From the NCBI GenBank assembly GCA_965197925.1, contig CBDAOC010000016.1, forward strand, positions 32,001 through 96,000: 64,000 bases of DNA, read 5' to 3'. Under the pieces are notes generated by a model that ran no database searches, was not told the origin of the DNA, and was given only the letters and a program-made list of their open reading frames with translations. Both the position numbers and the translations under genes were made by a program. The stretch is from Nitrososphaerales archaeon. Its GTDB lineage: Archaea; Thermoproteota; Nitrososphaeria; Nitrososphaerales; UBA213. Positions 29,604 through 39,471 of this stretch are shown here, in pieces. Within the stretch, counting starts at the first letter, position 1, and every line of letters starts with the position of its first letter.

Positions 29604-30469
29604 GATGACAACAATTATTTTTTGGGGTGCTAGTGATGACCTCGTAGAAGTAGAAGGCTGCTCATACGCAATCGACTACACAAACGAAGATGAACAAGTA
29701 TCTGGCCCAAACAACACCGCAGAATTCTCAGTATATAAAGATGCACTGTTTATGGTAAACGCAGGTACTGCTGGACAAATATTTGTAACCGCAACCTATA
29801 ACAACTTGGGATTATGGATATTTGCAGCACATCACATGCAAGACGAGTCCCCATACCCGACAGATTGGATAACCACGTTAACACAAGCTCCTAACAGCAT
29901 GCATTCAATGCAACTATCAATAGACGTACCTACTAGCAATGCCATACAAGTGCACAGAATAAAATAATGTTAACAGAACTATACACAACTTGGACAGATA
30001 GATTAACAGAGTTTACACCAACCTCTAAGCTATTAAGTACTATAAAAAATGAAGAACGCAAATATTGCTGTCTAGGTGTAGCTTGTGAACTATCTAAAAT
30101 GGGTACATGGTCATCTCGCGGCTATGTAATAAATAACAGATCACATATAACAGTACTACCACACCAAGTAAAAGAAGCACTAAACCTAGCTACAGATAGC
30201 GGTATGTTTAATATGAATGATTTATCAAAGTCTTTAAAAAAGAAACTAAATAAAGCTCTAACAGATCAAAACCATTATGACATATCCGACTACGAAACAA
30301 TCAGCTTAGCAAATATAAATGACTGCCTAGAAAACGATCCAACAGTATTTACACTCATACAAGCTATATTAAAAGAAGCTCCAGTTAGCTTATTCAAACG
30401 AGAAATAAACGAAAATCAAACCGAGCTATCTCTACCTTAAATATGGTAGAATAGATATATTACTACTGT

Positions 30470-30551
30470 CCCAGTGTGGCGAAATGGCAGACGCGAACGG
30501 CTTAAACCCGTTTCCGAAAGGGTGTGGGTTCGACTCCCACCATTGGGACCA
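30470..30551 (+). tRNA. tRNA-Leu(TAA)
   Basis: AACGG-CTTAAAC-CCGTT; extended -10 TGGTAGAAT upstream. Confidence 0.92.
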
Positions 30552-30720
30552 TTTCTATGTTAAAAAGATTAAATACTAAACTTGATTGTCTATTTGGATG
30601 CCATAGATGGATATATACAGATAGATATGACCCCGATTCTAGAAGAATATTTACAGAAAATAAAATGTGTATCAACTGTGGAAAAACAAAGATTTCATGG
30701 TAGTAACTATATAACAATAC

Positions 30721-30804
30721 GCCGGTGTGGCGAAATGGCAGACGCACATGTTTCAAAAACATGTCTCGAAAGGGGTGTGGGTTCGACTCCCTCCACCGGT
30801 ACCA
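30721..30804 (+). tRNA. tRNA-Leu(CAA)
   Basis: CATGT-TTCAAAA-ACATG, ACCA. Confidence 0.92.
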
Positions 30805-30819
30805 ATAACAAAGGAATAC

Positions 30820-31302
30820 ATGACAACTAACAACGAAAGACACTCTGCTCCACTAGCGGTATTAACCGTACTATTGTCAGCTGACAAAAACGAAGTATTA
30901 ATAATGCGACGAGGCCCAAAAGAATCCTTAGCTGGTATGTACACTATACCAGGTGGACACATGGAGTCTGGAGAAAATGTAATAGAAGCTGCTATACGTG
31001 AACTTTACGAAGAAGCAGGTGTAATTACATCACCTAGAGATTGTGAAGTAGTAGGTGTAATACACGCTACCGCTTCAACAAAAGAATATGTACAATTCAT
31101 AGTTCGCGTTCGCACATGGATAGGCATACCCTATATAGCAGAACCAAATAATTGTGATGACATGTATTGGTGCAATGTAAGACACTTACCACATAACATG
31201 TTAGGATGGCCTATAACAGGTATAGAAATGACATTAGACAGTGACGTATCGCACGATTGTCACCAATTCTTTGTAACCAATATAGGACAATGCGCAAAGT
31301 AA
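30820..31302 (+). CDS. Nudix hydrolase
   Basis: Nudix box GGHMESGENVIEAAIRELYEEAG; start placed downstream of the tRNA. Confidence 0.9.
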   Translation: MTTNNERHSAPLAVLTVLLSADKNEVLIMRRGPKESLAGMYTIPGGHMESGENVIEAAIRELYEEAGVITSPRDCEVVGVIHATASTKEYVQFIVRVRTWIGIPYIAEPNNCDDMYWCNVRHLPHNMLGWPITGIEMTLDSDVSHDCHQFFVTNIGQCAK

Positions 31303-32224
31303 CTCCGAAACAAAAACAACGACTTCGTAAACTAATCAACGCCCTAACGAATAACAAATATAAGCAGGGCGTTGAACTACTTTATAACACGACAACAACT
31401 GAATGGTGTTGGGGTGGTGTAGCAATTGACATATACTTCAACGATACTCATCAAGGATATTGGGAAGCCAAAGAAAACTCCAAATACGGAGTAGCTACAA
31501 TCACTCAAACCGGAGAGAAATATAAAGTCCACGTACCAATAGATGTACTAAATTGGTATGGACTAACCTTAGAAGAGCATAATATGCTTACCGATATGAA
31601 TGACACCGAACATACTTTCAAACAGATAGCTACTGCTATCACAAAAGAAAAACTAAAAGATACTCTTGTTACCACTACCACCGCCAAGGCTAAATAATGG
31701 TAATGGACGCAAACACAGTACAAGAATTAGCAAATGCCATATCACCAGAATATTTTATAAATGATAGATATGGTGGTCGCTCTTCTGTAGCATACCAAAG
31801 AGCCAAAGCACTAACAAGCGGTTATAACGCTAGAAAAGTAACAAGTACAAAACGAAAACTACAACACATAATAGGTACACTAGCTCTAACAGAAGGATGG
31901 CTAGCTAGTACATGGCATGACACCGGCCATGGTATAAGAGGACAAAGTCCTGTAGACTATTATTTCGACATGACACTCGCTAAACACGAGTGTATGTTTT
32001 TTGTATACCTACACAATGGTAGAGTAATAACTCTAAATGCACAACAAAGACAATGGTGTGCATATGCTCAGAATGTAGGAATAACTACACAACACTGGAC
32101 TCTAGATAACATAGAGGCCATATACCGTCTACTACGAACACCGTACCCTACTATGAACATAGTAGATGCAATTATCCCACCTCCAAACATACACTAACAA
32201 ATAAACACAGGAGAAACACAACTT

Positions 32225-33889
32225 ATGTCATATTTGACACAAGCATTCAACACACCAGCTCCCCAGCGTGAGCCAGAGATGGGGCGTGAACAAGACCAAG
32301 TAAAGAACAATGCAGGCGGATACGTATTCCCTGTAACCCCAGAAATACAGCTAGATCGCTTCCTAATCCTAGGTAGCGAAGGTGGTAGTTATTACGCTAG
32401 CGAAAGAGCCTTAACCCTAGAGAACGCTAAGAACGCTCTCAACATGGTAAAAGGTGAAAAAGGTATACAAGTAGTCAAGAGAGTTGTAGAACTCGCTCAT
32501 GGCCGTGCCCCAAAGATAGGCCCACCCCTATTCGTATTGGCTATGGCTGCTTCCTATGGCAACACTGACACCAGAACTGTAGCATTCGAAGTTCTTCCAC
32601 AGGTAGCTCGCACAGCAAGCCATCTGTTCCAGTTCATCGAATATGTAGACAGCATGCGTGGTTGGGGCAGAGCCTTGAAGAATGGTATCAACAACTGGTA
32701 CACATCCAAGACTCCAGAAAACCTAGCCTACCAGGTTGTAAAGTACCGCACCAGAAACTCTTGGAGCCACCGAGACGTACTACGAAAGACCCACCCAATG
32801 AGCTATGATCACAACAACCTATTCGCCTACTTGACCAACAAGGCATGGACCGAAGAGGATTCGTTGAGCATCGTAAAGGCATATGAAGCAGCGAAAACCA
32901 TGGATAGCAAGGAACTTGTTGAACACATCACCAAGCATAGCCTAACCTGGGAAATGCTTCCTACTGAATCCCTACGCGACATGGAGGTATGGCGTGCCAT
33001 GTTACCCGACATGCCTGCCACTGCACTACTTAGAAACTTAGGACGTTTGACCCGCCTAGAACTGCTCAAGCCCCTAAGCGATGAAGCTAGCCAAGTCGCC
33101 GCGAAGTTCTCTAGCGCAGAGTGGGTAAAATACGGTCGTCTGCACCCCTTCAACATCCTTTTGGCGTATTACACATACATCAGAGGACAAGGATACCAGA
33201 GTCGTAACAGTGGCAGAGGCAGAAGTGCCTTCAGTGACCCTTACGGCACTCACAAGCCAGACTGGGAACCAGTACAGTCTGTAGTAGATGCACTTGAAAC
33301 TGCATTCAACCATTCTTTCCAAAATGTAGCACCTACAGGACAAAAGATCTATGTAGGACTGGACGTGTCCGGCTCTATGAGAGCAGAGATCATGGGAACT
33401 CCTATCTCTGCACGTGAAGGTGCCGCCGCACTGGCTTTGTACGTTGCAAAGACAGAGCCTAACTTCCACGTCGCTGCATTCTCAGCTGGTACTCAGTTTA
33501 GTACAAGAAGATTTGTTTCCAGAGGTACTGCAATGGTACCAATGGACTTCTCTTCAAAGGACTCTCTCCAGGACATACTCAGAAAGACAGAAAGACTACC
33601 ATTCGGTGGTACAGACTGTGCTCTTCCAATGATGGATGCTCTTGAAAAGAAGATCGAAGTAGATTGCTTCCTAGTACTAACTGACAGTGAGACATGGGCA
33701 GGCCCCATCCACCCATTCAGAGCCCTAGAAAAGTATCGTGCCGAAATGAATCGTCCAGCTAAGCTGGTGGTTGTAGGCATGACCTCAAACGAGTTTAGTA
33801 TTGCTGATCCTAGTGATGCAGGTATGCTAGACATAGTTGGATTCGACGCTGCAATGCCTAGGCTGATCAGTGATTTCATAACCAACTAA
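32225..33889 (+). CDS. rsr: Ro60 / TROVE-domain RNA-binding protein (Rsr)
   Basis: NNAGGYVF, RFLILGSEGGSYY, KYRTRNSWSHRDVLR, vWA motifs DVSGSM, GGTDC, TDSETW, GMLDIVGFD. Confidence 0.96.
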   Translation: MSYLTQAFNTPAPQREPEMGREQDQVKNNAGGYVFPVTPEIQLDRFLILGSEGGSYYASERALTLENAKNALNMVKGEKGIQVVKRVVELAHGRAPKIGPPLFVLAMAASYGNTDTRTVAFEVLPQVARTASHLFQFIEYVDSMRGWGRALKNGINNWYTSKTPENLAYQVVKYRTRNSWSHRDVLRKTHPMSYDHNNLFAYLTNKAWTEEDSLSIVKAYEAAKTMDSKELVEHITKHSLTWEMLPTESLRDMEVWRAMLPDMPATALLRNLGRLTRLELLKPLSDEASQVAAKFSSAEWVKYGRLHPFNILLAYYTYIRGQGYQSRNSGRGRSAFSDPYGTHKPDWEPVQSVVDALETAFNHSFQNVAPTGQKIYVGLDVSGSMRAEIMGTPISAREGAAALALYVAKTEPNFHVAAFSAGTQFSTRRFVSRGTAMVPMDFSSKDSLQDILRKTERLPFGGTDCALPMMDALEKKIEVDCFLVLTDSETWAGPIHPFRALEKYRAEMNRPAKLVVVGMTSNEFSIADPSDAGMLDIVGFDAAMPRLISDFITN

Positions 33890-33901
33890 TGAAACAAGTA
33901 C

Positions 33902-33933
33902 AGAACGCCCTAGTTACTAAAATTAGGGCGTTC
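33902..33933 (+). terminator. hairpin terminator after Ro60
   Basis: AGAACGCCCTAGTT/AATTAGGGCGTTCT. Confidence 0.7.
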
Positions 33934-33958
33934 TTGAATAAACGAGCGAAAATAAGAA

Positions 33959-35788
33959 ATGAACGATGTATCTTCCATATCATGGAGCAAGCTAATAGAG
34001 AGCCCTCCATCATTAGTACCTACAGATAGCCTTCCACATTATAAAGAAGCCATACGAGACACAGACCAAGCAATAATAGCACATAAAAATGACACAATAA
34101 TAGGCCTAGACATAGAAACCACAGGATTAAGACATTGGGATGATGAGATACGCGTAGTACAAATGTATGGCTATCCTTCTAACAAACTATCCATACTACA
34201 CTTTCCAGACGGAGAGTTACCTACGCAGCTCATCAACTGGATGAACAGTATGAAGTCCACAATATGGTTAGGCCATAGAATATTATCTTTCGATGCTAGA
34301 TTCTTCCATGCATACGGAGTAAATGTAGGTCAATTACATTTTTGGGATACACTACTAGTTGAAGGAATAGTAAATGCACAACATCGTAAAGAAGTATTCA
34401 GAACAACGAATGATCTACCAGCACTAGCACAACGATACTTAAACATACACTTACCTAAGATCATTGATCATAGTAGCTGGCAAAGTACCTTATTCCCATA
34501 TCTAAACGATGAGCAATTAAAGTATGCAGCCGACGATGTTATACATCTAACCAATATATTAGCTAAACAAATAGAACTATTACAGGAAGATAATTCCAAA
34601 CGTACCACAAGTTTTGAGCTATATACAGCCGTACCAGTATTATACATGGCAACCCGAGGTCTACCAATTGACCGCTCTAGATTTGCCGACTTCACTAAAG
34701 ACAATAGCACACGTCTACTAAAAGCCAGAAGAAATGTACAAGAACATTGGAGAGGCAATCCAGATTCACCACCTCAAGTACTAAAATTCCTAAAGTCATT
34801 AGGAATAAAAGTAGAATCAACTGGTGCACAGATACTCAAAGATGAATATGGTAAAACTCTACACCCATTTCTACGTGCCTTACTAGATCATAGAAAAGCA
34901 TCTAGTTTACACAAGTATAACTCTAAATGGTTACAGACATGGATGACCAGAGACGGAACAATACAGTCTAGTTATAACACAACTGGAACAGATACATATA
35001 GATTATCTAGTAGAGAACCCAACGCGCAAAACTACCCACACGAAATACGACAAATATTCGGCCATCCAACTGAATGGATGGTAGTAGTAGACTACAGTAC
35101 TGTAGAGATGCGCATAGCTGCTGCCCATACACAAGACAAACTAATGTTACGAAGGTTTGATGAAGGCATAGACATTCATAAAACCACAGCAGCAGCCCTA
35201 TTCAATAAACATGAAGACAACGTAACAAAAGACGAAAGACAAGCGGCTAAAGCTGCCAACTTTGCCATGATATTCGGTGGTGGCCCAGGTGCCATTATAA
35301 GACAGGCACAAAAGATGGAACTAGATCCTATAAATGAAGAAGAAGCCGCTAGAATGCGTGATAGATTTTTCACATTGTACGAGGATATGAGAGAGTTCCA
35401 CGGGGATTTAAACTCTAAAATAAAGAGTCTACCTTCAACAGGAATAGACTATTTAGAACTTCCTATAGGCCCGTTTGGTCACAGTAGACAACTACGTGAT
35501 GAGAACCTAAAAATAACAACAGCTTTAAACACTCCTATCCAAGGACAAGCTGCTATAGGTATGAAAATGACATTCATACTTGTAGCCAAGCAATACCCTG
35601 AACTACTACCATACCTTGCTGCCAATGTTCACGACGAAATCATATTAACTGGTTTAACAAGTGAAACACACGCAGATGAATACAGAATAAAATTACAAGA
35701 TGCAATGATACGTGGTATGGCAGAAGTACGCCCCGGAGTAAAATACGAAGCCGAAGGTAAAGTTATACATTACTGGAACGAAAAATAA
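33959..35788 (+). CDS. polA: family A DNA polymerase with 3'-5' exonuclease
   Basis: DIETTG, YAADD; motif A DYSTVEMR, motif B RQAAKAANF, motif C VHDEI; no 5' nuclease domain. Confidence 0.93.
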   Translation: MNDVSSISWSKLIESPPSLVPTDSLPHYKEAIRDTDQAIIAHKNDTIIGLDIETTGLRHWDDEIRVVQMYGYPSNKLSILHFPDGELPTQLINWMNSMKSTIWLGHRILSFDARFFHAYGVNVGQLHFWDTLLVEGIVNAQHRKEVFRTTNDLPALAQRYLNIHLPKIIDHSSWQSTLFPYLNDEQLKYAADDVIHLTNILAKQIELLQEDNSKRTTSFELYTAVPVLYMATRGLPIDRSRFADFTKDNSTRLLKARRNVQEHWRGNPDSPPQVLKFLKSLGIKVESTGAQILKDEYGKTLHPFLRALLDHRKASSLHKYNSKWLQTWMTRDGTIQSSYNTTGTDTYRLSSREPNAQNYPHEIRQIFGHPTEWMVVVDYSTVEMRIAAAHTQDKLMLRRFDEGIDIHKTTAAALFNKHEDNVTKDERQAAKAANFAMIFGGGPGAIIRQAQKMELDPINEEEAARMRDRFFTLYEDMREFHGDLNSKIKSLPSTGIDYLELPIGPFGHSRQLRDENLKITTALNTPIQGQAAIGMKMTFILVAKQYPELLPYLAANVHDEIILTGLTSETHADEYRIKLQDAMIRGMAEVRPGVKYEAEGKVIHYWNEK

Positions 35789-36418
35789 ATGCCCTACGAA
35801 CTACAAATTAGATCAACGAATATACTTCCAAACCTAACAGACTCATTAAGAAATAAAATGTCTCCTTACTTAAATTCCACGGTTAGAGTAAGCCAATATT
35901 ACAGAGGAGATAAAATACCCGCTAACGAAGGTATAAAGTACCCCTACTTCCTATCAGAAAACTTATGTCTAGTTTTACCTAAATATATATCTGCACAAAA
36001 AAGTACAATGATATGCACCGCACTAGCTGAAAATTATAGAAACAAAATACTACAATACTTTCTAGACTTATGTGAACAAAACTTAAGACCAAAAGATATA
36101 AACGTAGGAAAACTAGAGGAAATACAAAAAAATATACAATACAAAACAAATCAGAATAGAATATATGCCTTAACTCATACTCCTGCCCTAATACATCCTA
36201 GTATTATATCGAGCCAGTTACCAGATGAAGTTACCTCCAAAAGTCACATATTCACTACAAACAGCCTTAGAAATACCGCTCCATTAATAATATCATATAC
36301 ACCAACACTATATGAAGAGACAGAGGAACCTCATATGTTAGCTGTAAAATCTACATTAACATTTGAAGTAGTCACAGACTTTACTGATACAGTATACATA
36401 AGAGCACCAATAAACTAA
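35789..36418 (+). CDS. hypothetical protein
   Basis: 209-aa ORF coupled to polA. Confidence 0.6.
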   Translation: MPYELQIRSTNILPNLTDSLRNKMSPYLNSTVRVSQYYRGDKIPANEGIKYPYFLSENLCLVLPKYISAQKSTMICTALAENYRNKILQYFLDLCEQNLRPKDINVGKLEEIQKNIQYKTNQNRIYALTHTPALIHPSIISSQLPDEVTSKSHIFTTNSLRNTAPLIISYTPTLYEETEEPHMLAVKSTLTFEVVTDFTDTVYIRAPIN

Positions 36419-37326
36419 TGCCACCTACCTCACTAAACCTAGGCGTAATGATCGCCGCTGGAATCCTAGGAACAGATGGACTAGGAACCGGATTATCACA
36501 TACTATAAAAAATGAACTCGATAATTTCAAGTACATCGTAACTAAATCACTAACGAATTATCCAACCAGCGGAACCCCACAACCCAATCATACAGGTAGA
36601 AACCGATATCAACTAGAAGGAGTTACATTAAATAATGTAAACCTCCGTAATATGGGATCTTGGATAAGCACTGATAGAATAAATTCACTTGCAAAACAAC
36701 TAAATTCAGCAAGACTAGTTGCAAGTATAGCCGTACAGAGTCCGACTGATATAACGAGATACGGATTCACCACATTAATGAGCACACTACTAAACCATGC
36801 AGCCGTAGACACAATAGAAATTAATCTAGGCTGCCATCTACTGTATAACGCCTTTACAATTCCGAACAACCATGCAGAACGTATGGCTGAACACTTACGT
36901 ATATTTTTAAAAGAGACAATAACTAAACGAGAAACTATAAAACCCATATGGTTGAAACTGCCGCCAGACCCACACTTTACTCGTAGCATAGTAGAAGATG
37001 CAGAACTATTAGACCTATGCTCGTTAGTAATATCCAACAGTTACGCAGGAAAGATATACGACAACAACATCGAGCATAAAACTAATGTACTTCAAAGTGG
37101 AATCGGAGTAAGTGTGAACGCTATGAAATACATGAACTACAAATTAATAGAAGATATGCGTAAACAGATAAAAGATAGTATAAACATTATAGGATGTGGT
37201 GGAATTTCAGCTACACAAGATGTTCAAGACTACATGACTGCTGGAGTAAATGGTGTACAAATAGGTAGTCTATTCTTACATCAACCTGAAACAGCAATAG
37301 CAATAGCACGAGCATTCACACAATAA
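36418..37326 (+). CDS. dihydroorotate dehydrogenase-like flavoprotein
   Basis: IAAG, VTKS, EINLGC, WLKLPP, ISNS, IIGCGGI, AGVNGVQIGS. Confidence 0.75.
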   Translation: MPPTSLNLGVMIAAGILGTDGLGTGLSHTIKNELDNFKYIVTKSLTNYPTSGTPQPNHTGRNRYQLEGVTLNNVNLRNMGSWISTDRINSLAKQLNSARLVASIAVQSPTDITRYGFTTLMSTLLNHAAVDTIEINLGCHLLYNAFTIPNNHAERMAEHLRIFLKETITKRETIKPIWLKLPPDPHFTRSIVEDAELLDLCSLVISNSYAGKIYDNNIEHKTNVLQSGIGVSVNAMKYMNYKLIEDMRKQIKDSINIIGCGGISATQDVQDYMTAGVNGVQIGSLFLHQPETAIAIARAFTQ

Positions 37327-37519
37327 CACACCATGTATACACGACCACCTAAACCACCTTGGACTATACGTGATGCGTGTTTACAAACATGGCAAATAAC
37401 CCACAATGCACACAAAGTCTATGTATGGAGCACTTCTACTAACTTCAGAGTAATGAAGACGCCTACATCATTTGACGCTATAAGCATATGCGAATCAATA
37501 GAAGCAGCGTTTCAAGCAG

Positions 37520-37792
37520 CTATGTTTTATCTAGCCCATTATGCGTTAGAAGATACACCTTAGCTCTTTGCAACACACTAGGCTTTTCTCTAGCCATACC
37601 TAATAGTTTATTACAGGATGAGCATAGCAACCCACGAACCTCACCGGTATCGTGATTATGATCGACAACTAGACCATACGAAGATTCTTGGCATACGGCA
37701 CACGCGTAGTCCTGAGCCTGCAACAATGCCAAGAACTCCTCCTGGCTCAATCCATACCTGCTCTTTATCTTATACCAATCACGCTTTATCAT
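37520..37792 (-). CDS. endonuclease VII-like protein
   Basis: YGLS...CAVC...VDHNHDTGEVRGLLCSSCN. Confidence 0.85.
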   Translation of the reverse strand: MIKRDWYKIKSRYGLSQEEFLALLQAQDYACAVCQESSYGLVVDHNHDTGEVRGLLCSSCNKLLGMAREKPSVLQRAKVYLLTHNGLDKT

Positions 37793-38281
37793 TTAAATTC
37801 CTTATGTGTATGTAATGACTACTAGAATACCATAAAAATAAAGGACATGCAAAACATATGAAATGGATACTACCAACAATAGTAGGCCTAGCATTAGCAG
37901 CAATAATTATTGGAGCGGTTGCAGTAATCACACTATCTATACACGACTGGAACGACACTCACAACGAAACCCTTACAAATAATGTAGACACTGCTGCATA
38001 TATGGATGCACAAACCATACTAAATGCAGTATCGTATAACCTAGATGAACGAAACACGTTTTGCAATACGTGGAACACATTAAAATTAAATGCTAAAAGT
38101 TACACAAAAGCCGCAGGTACTCTACATAGAATATTTGCAGAACGTGACAGAGTAAAACAGCATGGACTAATACTAAACTCTACAAGTGGCAAAGCTATGA
38201 ACAGATTAGGTACACAACTAGATGAGCACTGTGCAACCATACAATTAGAAAAATATAGTGTACAATAGATATACAACACAC

Positions 38282-38356
38282 GCTTCGATAGTGTAATGGC
38301 TAACACATTGGTCTCCAAAACCAACGATCTGGGTTCGAATCCTAGTCGGAGTGCCA
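38282..38356 (+). tRNA. tRNA-Trp(CCA)
   Basis: TTGGT-CTCCAAA-ACCAA, GCCA. Confidence 0.92.
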
Positions 38357-38357
38357 C

Positions 38358-38433
38358 TGTCCCGTAGCATAATTGGTAGTGCACCTTGCTGTTAACAAGA
38401 TGATTGCAGGTTCGAATCCTGCCGGGACAGCCA
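38358..38433 (+). tRNA. tRNA-Asn(GTT)
   Basis: CTGTTAA loop, G73. Confidence 0.92.
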
Positions 38434-38643
38434 TATTTTTAAAAGGATAACACATGCCTGTACAAAATTTAAGAAAAGAAGTAGAGACCGCACTATTAGA
38501 TTTATTGAAAGACCCATTTGCAAGATACGTAGATGACAAACCCTTTACAAACTTATTTGGCCTATTTAAAACCCATTCCAATGAAATAAAAAGTATACTC
38601 CTAGAAAATAAATACATAGATAAAAATGGTGCTCTAACAAAAG

Positions 38644-39165
38644 ATGGCAGAGAATACGCAAAAATGGTCAAATCAGAACAAAGTACTTCAATGTAGTAAA
38701 TGTAAAAAATATAAATCACTCAATTCATTTCATACAACAAACGCAGTAAGCCACAAAAACAGAAATTTCAAACACTACCTTTGTAAAACGTGTGTTTTAG
38801 CTAAAATAAAAACTATAAGAAAAATAAATCAACAAAATAATTTATGCAGTTGTAAAAGTGGAGATAGTCGATTATATATAAATAAAGAAATAAGTTCCAC
38901 CTACTGTTCCAAATGTTACATATATAACCGAGTACGAAATTGGAAAAGAGTTGGCATACAACTATCTTTTGATACATATTACAACATGATAGAATGTCAA
39001 GGATACATCTGCCTAATATGCTTACAGAACATACCTATAACCGCAGCACACGTAGATCACAACCATAAAACAAATATAATACGTGGTATACTTTGTAATA
39101 GATGCAACACGCATTTAGAATTCGTAGAAACACATTACGAAAAAATAGTAAAATACTTAACCTAA
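38644..39165 (+). CDS. endonuclease VII-like protein (homing-type)
   Basis: Zn ribbons plus VDHNHKTNIIRGILCNRCN. Confidence 0.85.
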   Translation: MAENTQKWSNQNKVLQCSKCKKYKSLNSFHTTNAVSHKNRNFKHYLCKTCVLAKIKTIRKINQQNNLCSCKSGDSRLYINKEISSTYCSKCYIYNRVRNWKRVGIQLSFDTYYNMIECQGYICLICLQNIPITAAHVDHNHKTNIIRGILCNRCNTHLEFVETHYEKIVKYLT

Positions 39166-39166
39166 T

Positions 39167-39243
39167 GCCTGGGTTGCTTAAAGGTAAAGCTTAAAGTACC
39201 TCACGAAAACTTGTTGCGGGTTCGAGTCCTGTCCCAGGCACCA
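39167..39243 (+). tRNA. aberrant tRNA with distorted anticodon arm (possibly Val-CAC or a pseudo-tRNA)
   Basis: Perfect acceptor GCCTGGG/CCCAGGC, T arm and ACCA; anticodon arm AAGT-ACCTCACGAAA-ACTT. Confidence 0.6.
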
Positions 39244-39395
39244 TTAACAATGAAACATATGATGAACGGTATACTAACTACAAAAAGACAATGGTCTACT
39301 TACAATCAATTGATACTACATCTACAACACAGTATGTGGGATCACCATAGACCAATAAATAGATATCTTCTAAGACTACACAACAAATTAGCAAT

Positions 39396-39471
39396 GGATC
39401 GGTAGCTCCAATGGTAGAGCATTCGGCTGTTAACTGAAAGTGTGTGGGTTCGACCCCCACCCGATCCTCCA
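39396..39471 (+). tRNA. tRNA with GTT anticodon (Asn) and U73
   Basis: TTCGG-CTGTTAA-CTGAA; GGATCGG/CCGATCC-T-CCA. Confidence 0.85.

Noticed and set aside
30727..30819. N-terminal extension of the Nudix ORF (likewise 55371-55523 and ORFs 23454, 39211, 39444)
   Set aside because: These segments are translations of tRNA genes; real starts, where present, lie downstream
32225..33889. RtcB/Rtc RNA-repair operon around Ro60
   Set aside because: No rtcB, rtcA or rtcR recognised in this window; they could lie elsewhere in the genome
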